This document shows, piece after piece, positions 29,288 to 38,482 of a stretch of 64,000 nt of DNA (positions are counted from its first letter, which is position 1; every line of letters starts with the position of its first letter). Made by a program: the position numbers and the translations under genes. The notes under the pieces are model-generated. The model had not been told where the DNA came from. It saw nothing but the letters and a program-made list of their open reading frames with translations, and did no database searches. The stretch is from Capsulimonadaceae bacterium (lineage in GTDB: Bacteria > Armatimonadota > Armatimonadia > Armatimonadales > Capsulimonadaceae): contig OZ244065.1 of the NCBI GenBank assembly GCA_965215505.1, forward strand, positions 1,824,001 to 1,888,000. Reading direction: 5' to 3'.

Positions 29288-30033
29288 GCAGGCCGGCGGA
29301 CCCTTCCTGCGTCTCGGGCATGATCTTCTTCAATGGCGTGGGCTTCCTCGGCATGTGCGGCCACGGCACCATCGGCGTCGTCGCGGCGCTGGCGTTTCTC
29401 GGCAGGATCGGGCCGGGCGAGTTCCGATTCGAGACTCCGGTCGGGGTGGTGACGGCACACCTGCACGAGTCGGGGGCTGTCTCCGTCAGGAACATCCCCA
29501 GCTTTAGGCTTGCCAAAGACGTGCGGGTCGCCGTGGAAGGCCACGGCAGCATCACCGGCGACATCGCGTGGGGCGGCAACTGGTTTTTCCTGGCCCACGA
29601 CCACGGGCAGGAACTGGTTCCCGCCAACGTGGAGGCCCTGACCGACCTGACCCGCCGCATCCGGCGGGCGCTGGCCGCGCAGGGGATCACCGGGCGCGGG
29701 GGCGCGGAGATAGACCACATCGAGCTGTCCGCGCCCTCGGACACGCCGGGGGCGGACGGCCGCAATTTCGTCCTGTGTCCGGGGAACGCCTATGACCGGT
29801 CGCCCTGCGGCACCGGCACCAGCGCCAAGCTGGCCTGCCTGTTCGCCGACGGCCGGCTGAAGGAGGGGCAGGTGTGGCGTCAGGAAGGCATCCTCGGCGG
29901 CCAATTTGAAGGGACGGTCGCGGTGGACGGCGACCGGCTGATCCCGACCATCACGGGCCGCGCCTATGTCACGGCGGACACGACGCTGCTGTTCGATCCC
30001 ACCGACCCGCTCCGAGAAGGGATACGCCGATGA
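29095..30033 (+). CDS. lhpA: 4-hydroxyproline 2-epimerase (proline racemase family)
   Basis: DSHTGGEPTR, EPRGSD, MCGHGTIG, DRSPCGTGTSA (two catalytic Cys). Confidence 0.88.
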   Translation: MQKVRVLDSHTGGEPTRVILSGGPDLGGGTAEQQRAVFRSRFDSFRTAVVAEPRGSDVLVGALLSRPADPSCVSGMIFFNGVGFLGMCGHGTIGVVAALAFLGRIGPGEFRFETPVGVVTAHLHESGAVSVRNIPSFRLAKDVRVAVEGHGSITGDIAWGGNWFFLAHDHGQELVPANVEALTDLTRRIRRALAAQGITGRGGAEIDHIELSAPSDTPGADGRNFVLCPGNAYDRSPCGTGTSAKLACLFADGRLKEGQVWRQEGILGGQFEGTVAVDGDRLIPTITGRAYVTADTTLLFDPTDPLREGIRR

Positions 30034-31289
30034 CCAGTCCGAAACACATCCTCATCGTCGGCGGCGGCGGCGTCGGCCTGTGCGCCGCCTACTACGCGAT
30101 GCAGAAGGGGCACCAGGTCACGGTCGTCGAGCGCGGCGGCCCGGCGCACGACGCCTGCTCCCTGGGCAATGCCGGGATGATCGTCCCCAGCCATTTCGTC
30201 CCGCTGGCCGCGCCCGGCATGGTCGGCTACGGCCTGCGGATGATGCTCCACCCCGAAAGCCCGTTCTACATCCGGCCCCGCCTGGACCTCGGCCTGATCC
30301 GCTGGGGCCTCCTCTTCGCGCGCTCGGCCACTGCGGCCCATGTGGCCCGCTCGGCACCCCTGCTGCGCGACCTGAGCCTGGCGAGCCGGGGCTGCTATGA
30401 GGACCTCGCCGCCCGGTTCGGCGACGTCTTCGGGCTGACCAAGCGGGGCCTGCTGATGCTCTGCAAGTCAGAACACTCCCTGCACGAAGAAGCGCGGATG
30501 GCGGCGGCAGCCTGCGCGCTGGGCCTGCCCGCCGATGTTTTATCACCCTCCGAGGCCGCCCGGCTCGATCCGGGCGTGCGGATGGACATCGTGGGCGCGG
30601 TCCACTACCCGCAGGACTGCCACTTCTTCCCCCAGGTCTTCATGGCGCGACTGACGGAGGCCCTGGAAGCGGGCGGGGCGCAGTTCTGCTGGGAAACCGA
30701 GGTGACCGGCTGGCGCGCGGACCGGGGCCGGATCATCGCCGTGGAAACCTGCCAGGGCGACAAGCAGGCCGACGAATATGTGCTGGCCGGCGGCTCCTGG
30801 TCACCGCAGACGGTGCGCGGGCTGGGCCTCCGGCTGCCCACCCAGGCGGGAAAGGGCTACAGCCTTTCTCTGCCCGAGCCACGGCAGATGCCGCGGCTCT
30901 GCTCGATCTTTACCGAAGCGCGCGTCGCCGCCACCCCGATGGGTTCCACCCTGCGTTTCGGCGGGACGATGGAGATCACCGGGCTGGACCCCTCGGTCAA
31001 TCGGTCGCGCGTGGACGGCATCCTCAAGGCGATCCCGCAGTATTTCCCGGACTTCAGGCCGGAGGACTTCCGGGACCTGCCCGTCTGGAGCGGCCTGCGG
31101 CCCTGCTCGCCCGACGGCCTGCCGTATGTGGGCCGCTTCGGGCGCTACCTCAATTTGTCGGCGGCCACCGGCCATGCGATGATGGGGATGAGCCTGGGGC
31201 CGGTGACGGGTAAACTGATCGCGGAGATCCTTTCGGGGGAAACCCCCGAGATCGCGCTCGATGCTCTCAGCCCGGACCGGTTCGGTTAA
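30030..31289 (+). CDS. FAD-dependent D-amino acid dehydrogenase, probable D-hydroxyproline dehydrogenase
   Basis: GGGGVG FAD motif, CSLGNAG, GKGYS, WSGLRPCSPDGLP, GHAMMG. Confidence 0.85.
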   Translation: MTSPKHILIVGGGGVGLCAAYYAMQKGHQVTVVERGGPAHDACSLGNAGMIVPSHFVPLAAPGMVGYGLRMMLHPESPFYIRPRLDLGLIRWGLLFARSATAAHVARSAPLLRDLSLASRGCYEDLAARFGDVFGLTKRGLLMLCKSEHSLHEEARMAAAACALGLPADVLSPSEAARLDPGVRMDIVGAVHYPQDCHFFPQVFMARLTEALEAGGAQFCWETEVTGWRADRGRIIAVETCQGDKQADEYVLAGGSWSPQTVRGLGLRLPTQAGKGYSLSLPEPRQMPRLCSIFTEARVAATPMGSTLRFGGTMEITGLDPSVNRSRVDGILKAIPQYFPDFRPEDFRDLPVWSGLRPCSPDGLPYVGRFGRYLNLSAATGHAMMGMSLGPVTGKLIAEILSGETPEIALDALSPDRFG

Positions 31290-31294
31290 AAAAC

Positions 31295-33919
31295 ATGGAA
31301 AAAAAGTTGTCACGACGGAAATTCTTGCAGCAGGCAACCGCGGTCGGCGGCGCGACCCTCCTCGCGGCCTCCGGGGCGGGCGCGGCCATCCCCGCCGCGC
31401 CGCCCAAAGGGAAAGGCGGCCCGCCGCGCCCCTACCGCCCGACGCGGGCCGAGATCAAAGAGGCATTCGAGCGCCAGAAGGAGTATGACGCCCGAGCGCG
31501 TCTGCCCGTTTATCAGGCCAAGATCACGCCGTACTGGTTTGCCGAGAATACCTCCTTCTGGTATCGGACTGATCTGCCCGAAGGACGCCGCCGGTTCGTC
31601 TGCGTTGATGCGGTGCGCGGGGTCCGCGCGGCGGCCTTCGACCACGCGCGGCTGGCCGCCGGCCTGTCCAAAGAAGCGGGGAAAGTCTACACCGCCGACC
31701 GTCTGCCGATCCAGGAGATCGAATACACGCCGCAAAAGCGGGCCATCCGGTTCGCCGCCGACGGGGCGGCCTGGCAGTGCGACCTGGCCTCCTATGTCTG
31801 TACGCGGATCGCCGCCACCGACCTGACGCCGGCGGCCGTCGTCACGGACCAAGGGCCGAGTGGCGGGGGCCGAAGATCGCGCAGAAACCGCGCGCCGGAG
31901 GACGCGGCACCCGTGTTCGTCAGGGACCATAACCTCTGGCTTCGCGCCCAAGGGGGCGGGGCCGAGACGGCGCTGACCCACGACGGCACGGCGGACCGGC
32001 CCTACGGCGAGATCGCTTTGTCGCCGGATGCCCGCACCTTCGCCGCCTACCGCATCGACCCCGCGCCGATCAAGCCGGTCTACATGGTCGAGTCCTCGCC
32101 CAAAGACGGCGGGACGCGCGGCGTGCTGCATCAGCACGAGTACGCCCAGCCCGGTGATCCGTTCCCCCTGTACGAGATGTGGGTGTTCGACACCGCCGCC
32201 GGGACCGGAGTCAAGGCGCAGGTCGAGAAGACCGCGACCGGCGGGACGCCCGAACTGCACTGGCGCAAAGACGGCCGGACGTTCCTGTTCGAGCGGGCGG
32301 ACCGGGGCCACCAGTTCTTCCAGATCGTTGAGATCACGGTCGGGACGGGCCGGGCCCGCATCATCGCGGACGAGCGCGCGAAGACGTTCATCAACACCAG
32401 CAACGTCTACACCTACTATGCGCGGGACGCCGCCGAGGTGCTGTACGCCTCCGAAATGGACGGATGGAGGCACCTCTACCGCTATGACGCCGTGCAGGGG
32501 AAGCTCGCGAACCAGGTGACGCGCGGGGACTGGGTGGTGCGGAGCGTGGACCGGGTGGACGAGGAGGCCGGGCAGGTCTGGTTCCAGGCCAGCGGCCGGA
32601 ACCCCGGCGAGGACCCGTACCTGCTCCATCACTACCGGGTCAATTTCGACGGCACCGGCCTGGTCGCGCTGACCGAAGGCGACGGCACCCACGCCGTGCA
32701 GTATTCGCCTGACAACGCCTACCTGATCGATTCGTACTCCCGCGCCGACCTGCCGCCCGTCCATGTGCTGCGGAAGGCGTCCGACGGCAGCCTGGTCTGT
32801 CCCCTGGAGGAAGCCGACGTGTCCGCGCCGCTGGCCGGCGGCTGGCGGTTCCCGGAAGTGTTCCGCGCCAAGGGCCGGGACGGGGCGACGGACATCTGGG
32901 GGATCGTCTTCCGGCCCGCCCACCTGGACCCGGCCAGGAAGTACCCAATCATCGAGAACATCTATGCTGGGCCGCAGGATTCGTTCGTCCGCAAGACCTT
33001 CGCCGTGCGCGACTCGATGCAGGCATTGGCCGACCTGGGCTTCATCGTCGTGCAGTGCGACGGCATGGGGACGCGCAACCGCTCCAAGGCCTTCCACGAT
33101 GTCTGCTGGCACGACCTCAAAGACGCCGGCTTCCCCGACCGGATCGCCTGGATCAAGGCCCTGGCCGCGAAGCACCCCTACTGCGACACGGACCGGGTGG
33201 GCGTGTACGGCACCTCGGCGGGCGGGCAGAACTCCACCGGCGCGCTGCTGTTCCACCCGGAGTTCTATAAAGTCGGCGTCTCGTCGTGCGGCTGCCACGA
33301 CAACCGCATTGACAAGCAGTGGTGGAACGAGCAGTGGATGGGCTACCCGGTCGGGCCGTGGTATGACGACAGCTCGAACATCGTCCACGCGGAGAACCTG
33401 CGCGGCAAGCTGCTCCTGCTGGTGGGCGAGCTGGACACGAACGTGCCGCCCGAGTCCACATTGCGGCTGACCGGGGCATTGCAGAAGGCGGGCAAGGATT
33501 ACGACCTGATCGTCAGCATCGGGCAGGACCACGGCAGCGGCGGCCCCTACGGCGAACGTCGCCGGCGCGACTATTTCGTCCGGCACCTGCTCGGGGTCGA
33601 GCCGCCCGACCGCAACGTGCCGGCCCCGCCCCCCGCGCCGGTCGTGCTGACGCCCCGGTCGGCCGGCGAGGAGAGCTTGGCGCAGGCCGAGGGCGGGGCG
33701 GACACCAGCATACGGTTCCACAACGGGACGAGCCATCCGGCCCTGCTTTTCTGGCTGCCCGGCGACGGCACGCGCAAGTCCTACGGGGAGATCGCGCCTG
33801 GGGAGGATCGCGAGGTCCACACCTATAGCAGCCATTCCTGGCTCGTGACCGCCAAAGACGGCCCGCCGCTGGCGGTGTTCGTCGGCGAGGAGCATCCCGG
33901 CATCGCCGAGATTCGCTGA
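31295..33919 (+). CDS. Tat-exported S9B (DPP IV-like) prolyl peptidase with C-terminal VHL-like beta domain
   Basis: SRRKFL Tat signal; beta-propeller; YAGPQ, GTSAGG nucleophile, ELDTNV, H; tail IRFHN...FWL..DG....Y....PG.....HTY..H.W. Confidence 0.88.
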   Translation: MEKKLSRRKFLQQATAVGGATLLAASGAGAAIPAAPPKGKGGPPRPYRPTRAEIKEAFERQKEYDARARLPVYQAKITPYWFAENTSFWYRTDLPEGRRRFVCVDAVRGVRAAAFDHARLAAGLSKEAGKVYTADRLPIQEIEYTPQKRAIRFAADGAAWQCDLASYVCTRIAATDLTPAAVVTDQGPSGGGRRSRRNRAPEDAAPVFVRDHNLWLRAQGGGAETALTHDGTADRPYGEIALSPDARTFAAYRIDPAPIKPVYMVESSPKDGGTRGVLHQHEYAQPGDPFPLYEMWVFDTAAGTGVKAQVEKTATGGTPELHWRKDGRTFLFERADRGHQFFQIVEITVGTGRARIIADERAKTFINTSNVYTYYARDAAEVLYASEMDGWRHLYRYDAVQGKLANQVTRGDWVVRSVDRVDEEAGQVWFQASGRNPGEDPYLLHHYRVNFDGTGLVALTEGDGTHAVQYSPDNAYLIDSYSRADLPPVHVLRKASDGSLVCPLEEADVSAPLAGGWRFPEVFRAKGRDGATDIWGIVFRPAHLDPARKYPIIENIYAGPQDSFVRKTFAVRDSMQALADLGFIVVQCDGMGTRNRSKAFHDVCWHDLKDAGFPDRIAWIKALAAKHPYCDTDRVGVYGTSAGGQNSTGALLFHPEFYKVGVSSCGCHDNRIDKQWWNEQWMGYPVGPWYDDSSNIVHAENLRGKLLLLVGELDTNVPPESTLRLTGALQKAGKDYDLIVSIGQDHGSGGPYGERRRRDYFVRHLLGVEPPDRNVPAPPPAPVVLTPRSAGEESLAQAEGGADTSIRFHNGTSHPALLFWLPGDGTRKSYGEIAPGEDREVHTYSSHSWLVTAKDGPPLAVFVGEEHPGIAEIR

Positions 33920-33945
33920 CCCATGATCGCGGAGGGACGAGCGGT

Positions 33946-35466
33946 TTGACTCTGAGCGGCCACAACTATCTCGGGCGGAGCGCTTCGGCGATTGGGACGG
34001 TGACATTCACGGGATTCGCCGCCGCGACCGGCGAGCCGCTGGACGTCCTGTTCCACGAGGCGACGCCGCAGGAGCTGGACCGCGCCTTGACGCTGGCCGC
34101 CGGGGCGGCGGGGACCTGCCGTGCCCTCCCCGCCGCCAAGCGGGCCGAATTCCTGGAGGGCATCGCCGAAGAACTCCTGACCCTCGGCGACCCGTTCATC
34201 CGACAGGCGCACCTGGAAAGCGGCCTGCCGGAAGCGCGGCTCACCGGCGAGCGGATGCGGACGGTGAGCCAGCTCCGGCTGTTCGCCTCGGTCGTGCGCG
34301 AGGGTTCCTGGGTGGACGCCCGCATCGACCGGGCGCTGCCGGACCGGACGCCCGCGCCCCGGCCCGACCTGCGCCGGATGCTCGTCCCGCTGGGTCCGGT
34401 GGGCGTCTTCGGGGCGAGCAACTTCCCCTTCGCGTTTTCCGTGGCGGGCGGGGACACCGCCTCCGCCCTGGCCGCCGGCTGCCCGGTCGTCGTCAAGGCG
34501 CATCCGGCCCACCCCGGCACCTCCGAGATGGCGGCCCGCGCGGTCCTGGCGGCGGCCTCGGCGGCGGGGATGCCGGACGGCGTCTTCTCGATGCTGCACG
34601 GCGGCGCGGAGGTCGGCCTGGCGTTGGTCCGGCACCCGCTGCTGCGGGCGGTCGGATTCACCGGGTCCCTGGCGGCCGGGCGGGCGCTGTTCGATGCCGC
34701 CGCCGCGCGGCCCTGCCCCATCCCCGTCCACGCCGAGATGGGCAGCATCAACCCGGTCTTCCTCCTGCCCGGCGCGCTCCGGGAGCGCGGCGCGGCCATC
34801 GCCGCCGGGCTGGCGCAGTCGGTGACGCTGGGCGTCGGGCAGTTCTGCACCAACCCCGGCCTGGTCGTCGGCCTCCGCAGTCAGGGCCTGTCCGATCTCC
34901 TGGGCGAGACGGCGCGGGCGGTCTCCCGGACGCCGCCGGGGGTCATGCTGACATCGGGAATCCGTGAAGCCTATCGGCAGGGGCGGACTCGGCTGGGAGA
35001 CACGGCGGGCGTCGAGCGGGAAACGGGGGCATCCGACGCGGCGGTGTTCTCGGCCCGCGCCGAAACCTTCCTCGCGACTCCGGCGCTGGCCGAGGAGGTC
35101 TTCGGGCCGTCCACCCTGGTCGTCGCCTGCGCCGACCCCGCCGAGATGGAAGCCGTCGCGCGCGGCCTGGACGGGCAGCTCACCGCGACGGTCCACGGCA
35201 CGCCCGACGACTTCCGAGAGTTCGCGGGCGTGATCGCCCTGCTGGAGACGAAAGCCGGGCGGCTGGTCTTCAACGGCTTCCCGACGGGCGTCGAAGTCAG
35301 CCCCGCCATGCAGCACGGCGGCCCCTACCCCGCCGCCACCGACGGCCGATCCACCTCGGTCGGCACGGCGGCCCTGCTGCGCTTCGCCCGCCCGGTCTGC
35401 TGGCAGGACGCGCCCCCCGTGCTGCTGCCCCCGGCGCTGCGCGACGACAACCCGGACAAGATATAG
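33946..35466 (+). CDS. Alpha-ketoglutaric semialdehyde dehydrogenase (NADP+)
   Basis: FGASNFPFAFSVAGGDTASAL, KAHPAHP, GFTGS, EMGSINP, GQFCTNPG, EVFGP, HGGPYPA. Confidence 0.88.
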   Translation: MTLSGHNYLGRSASAIGTVTFTGFAAATGEPLDVLFHEATPQELDRALTLAAGAAGTCRALPAAKRAEFLEGIAEELLTLGDPFIRQAHLESGLPEARLTGERMRTVSQLRLFASVVREGSWVDARIDRALPDRTPAPRPDLRRMLVPLGPVGVFGASNFPFAFSVAGGDTASALAAGCPVVVKAHPAHPGTSEMAARAVLAAASAAGMPDGVFSMLHGGAEVGLALVRHPLLRAVGFTGSLAAGRALFDAAAARPCPIPVHAEMGSINPVFLLPGALRERGAAIAAGLAQSVTLGVGQFCTNPGLVVGLRSQGLSDLLGETARAVSRTPPGVMLTSGIREAYRQGRTRLGDTAGVERETGASDAAVFSARAETFLATPALAEEVFGPSTLVVACADPAEMEAVARGLDGQLTATVHGTPDDFREFAGVIALLETKAGRLVFNGFPTGVEVSPAMQHGGPYPAATDGRSTSVGTAALLRFARPVCWQDAPPVLLPPALRDDNPDKI

Positions 35467-35504
35467 CGCCTGCTTGACGGCCGGTGGACCCAGGAGATGA
35501 TCCC

Positions 35505-37181
35505 ATGCCCCTCCCCTCCGACGGCTTAAGCCTGGACGACTTCGACGTCTCGCCTGACCGGATGCCGGCGCTGGTCGCCCGGTTCCGGGCGGACCATGAG
35601 TGCCTGAACCGACCGTCCAAGTCGCCGCTCTCCGCACAGCGCCGGGAGCGGATGCGGCAGTTTTTGGCGGGCTGGCGTCGGACGCTGGGACGGATCCCTT
35701 TTGACGACCTGACGCGCAGTGACCGGGCCGACTGGCTGCTGCTGCGCTCCTATCTGGACGCCGAGGCGCGGGAGCTGGATCAGGAGGAGCGCGGCTCCGC
35801 CGAGGCGGCGGCGCTGCTGCCCTTCGCGGACAGCCTGGTGGCGCTGGAAGAGCGACGCCTGGCGATGGAAGACGTGGACGCCGAAGCCGCCGCCGAGACC
35901 CTGGATCACGCCGCCGGCCAGGTACGGGAACTGTGTGCCGCGCTCAAAGACGACGCGCCGGCCCCGAGCGGCACGGCGGCGGCGGAAGCCGCGCGTGTCC
36001 TCGCCCGGCTTCAGCCGATGCTGAAATCCTGGTTCGAGTTCTATCACGACTACGACCCGCTGTTCACCTGGTGGGTCGAGAAGCCGTATGCCGGGCTGGA
36101 AAAACTGCTCGCCGACGCTGCCGCCCTCGTGCGCGAATCGGCCGCCGGGGCCGGGGAGGAGGCCGTCCTGGGCCACCCGATCGGGCGTGACGCACTCGTC
36201 GCCGAACTGCACTCGGCACAGATCTCCTACACGCCGGAGGAACTGATCGCGGCGGGACGCGCCGAGACGCAGTGGTGCCGCTCGGAACTCGGGCGGGCAG
36301 CGCAGGAGATGGGGCACGGCGACGACTGGCGGGCCGCCCTGGAGCAGGTCAAGCGCGGGCACGTCGCGCCGGGCCGGCAGCCGGCCCTGGTGCGCGACCT
36401 GGCGCGGGAGGCCATGGACTATGTCGAGGCCGAGGACCTGATCGCGGTGCCGCCGCTCGCCCGCGAGTGCTGGCGCATGGAGATGATGTCGCCGGAGCGG
36501 CAGAAGGTCAACCCGTTCTTCCTCGGCGGCGAGTCCATCATCATCTCGTTCCCGACGCAGGGGATGGAGCAGGCCCAAAAGCGGATGAGCCTCCGGGGCA
36601 ACAACCGCGCCTTCGCGCGGGCGACGGTCCAGCATGAGCTGATCCCCGGCCACCGGCTACAGGCGTTCTATCAGGAGCGCTGGCGGCCTTACCGCCGGCT
36701 GTTCTACACGCCGTTCTGGACGGAGGGCTGGACGCTGCACTGGGAAATGCTTTTGTGGGAGCGCGGCTTCGCGCGGACCCCGGAGGAGCGGATCGGGATG
36801 CTGTTCTGGCGTCAGCACCGCGGCGTGCGCGTCCTCTTCTCGCTGGGCTTCCACCTGGGCCAGATGACGGCGGGGGAGTGTGTCGAGATGCTGGTGGACG
36901 AGGCGGGGCACGAGCGCGACAACGCCGTGGCCGAGGTGCGCCGCTCCCTGGAAGGCGACTACGGCCCCCTCTACCAGTGCGCCTACCTGATCGGCGGCCT
37001 CCAGATGCATGCGCTCTATCAGGAGATGGTCGGCGGGGGCCGCCTCAGCGCCCGCGACTTCCACGAGGCGGTGTTGCGCGAGAACTGCATGCCCCTCGCG
37101 ACGCTGCGCGCCCTGCTGACCGGCGGGCCGCTGGGCCACGATTTCCGGCCCGAGTGGCGCTTCTTGCGGCCCGCCAAGTGA
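35505..37181 (+). CDS. DUF885-family protein (putative metallopeptidase)
   Basis: YDPLFTWW, HELIPGH, WTEGW.LHWE, YQCAYLIGGL. Confidence 0.8.
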   Translation: MPLPSDGLSLDDFDVSPDRMPALVARFRADHECLNRPSKSPLSAQRRERMRQFLAGWRRTLGRIPFDDLTRSDRADWLLLRSYLDAEARELDQEERGSAEAAALLPFADSLVALEERRLAMEDVDAEAAAETLDHAAGQVRELCAALKDDAPAPSGTAAAEAARVLARLQPMLKSWFEFYHDYDPLFTWWVEKPYAGLEKLLADAAALVRESAAGAGEEAVLGHPIGRDALVAELHSAQISYTPEELIAAGRAETQWCRSELGRAAQEMGHGDDWRAALEQVKRGHVAPGRQPALVRDLAREAMDYVEAEDLIAVPPLARECWRMEMMSPERQKVNPFFLGGESIIISFPTQGMEQAQKRMSLRGNNRAFARATVQHELIPGHRLQAFYQERWRPYRRLFYTPFWTEGWTLHWEMLLWERGFARTPEERIGMLFWRQHRGVRVLFSLGFHLGQMTAGECVEMLVDEAGHERDNAVAEVRRSLEGDYGPLYQCAYLIGGLQMHALYQEMVGGGRLSARDFHEAVLRENCMPLATLRALLTGGPLGHDFRPEWRFLRPAK

Positions 37182-37226
37182 GGCTGAAAGGCGGGCCGGA
37201 AGCGAGTGTTCACTTATTGCAGCAGG

Positions 37227-37288
37227 TCAATATATTCCATATTTATATCTTGAATTCCTTTGTTTTGCGCGCGTGGCTGCGGCATAAT
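37227..37288 (+). promoter_or_regulatory. Putative AraC operator/promoter of the DUF1559-DUF5695 unit
   Basis: TCAATATATTCCAT..ATTCCTT at 20-bp spacing, then TTGTTT-N17-CATAAT. Confidence 0.6.
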
Positions 37289-37537
37289 ACAGTTGCTCCG
37301 GCGGCCAGCCTGTGGCAGTCTTCCTCCTCGCGAGCGCGTGGCCTGCGCGGTTCATTGGTGAGCCTCTTACTCTTCCGAATCTCCTGCGCCCCTTCGGCAG
37401 CGGCGCAGACATCGCACGGTCGTCACCGTCCGCGAGTCCGACGACGGCTCATTCTCCAGCCCTTCTTCTATCGTCAGTATCATCGGTGATGCGGCCCGCT
37501 CAAGATTTCTGTCGTTTCTACTCAGAAAGGGAACCCC

Positions 37538-38333
37538 ATGGTACAGACAGACACGCCCGCCCCCCCAGAAGCGTCAGGGCTTCACCTTGATCGAACTGCT
37601 CGTCGTCATCGCGATTCTCGCGGCGATACTTTTCCCGGTCTTCCAGAAGGTCCGCGAGAACGCCCGCCGCACGTCTTGTCTCAGCAACCTCAAGCAGCTC
37701 GGGCTGGGCTTCACCCAGTATGTCCAGGACGGCGACGAGAAGTATCCGGGCCTCTCCGCCGCTGATCCGAACTTTGTTGGGCAGAGCGGCTGGGCAAGCC
37801 AGATCTATCCCTATGTGAAGAGCGTCGGCGTCTATACCTGTCCCGATGACGGCACGGTCGGCACCCCGCAGAAGACCTACAAGACTCCGCAGAAGGTGTC
37901 TTATGATGTGAACTACTACATCTATGTCGTGGACTACGGGCAATATGCGGAGGGCATATCCAATGCGACATACATAGACAACACGAACGGCGCGGCGCTG
38001 TCTCAGTTCAACGCGCCTTCAAGCACCTTCCTCTTATACGAAATCAGTGATCCGACGCCGCAGCAATACACCGGCAACAACGGGGACCCTTCCATCACCC
38101 CAATCACTGCCGCCAGTGCCTCGGGAGGATCGAGCGGCGACTACGGCTGGCTTCCTACTCGTCACGACTCGACTGCCGAGTATGCCTCCAATTACCTGGC
38201 AGCGGATGGTCATGTGAAATTCCTGAAAGCGTCCAGCGTTTCCTTCGGGACCGGCACCCCCGGCAATAGAAACGGCACGCGCACCGATAACCGGGGGTCG
38301 AAGGGGCAGGCGATCACGATCCGATTGCAGTGA
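37538..38333 (+). CDS. DUF1559 prepilin-type N-terminal cleavage/methylation protein with H-X9-DG motif (frameshift in C7 tract near the start)
   Basis: [47 protein letters not shown]......NY..ADGHVK; ATG 37538 is out of frame by one base. Confidence 0.82.
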
Positions 38334-38482
38334 GGCCAGCCCTCATGTACATCAGCCGCGCGATTGCGGCCTGCTGAGACGGGGGGAGCAGTCTGATTCG
38401 ATCCCTCTCCCCCTATTCGATGGTCGCTGTTCCATCGGGAGGTAATCTCCCGACTAATAGATCGCCTAACCCTGGAGTTTCT

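Noticed and set aside
31310-34006. 898-aa minus-strand ORF (also 39484-42168, 33823-35637, 9428-11203, 58451-60190)
   Set aside because: Antisense shadows of well-supported genes; expected in high-GC DNA and lacking any motifs
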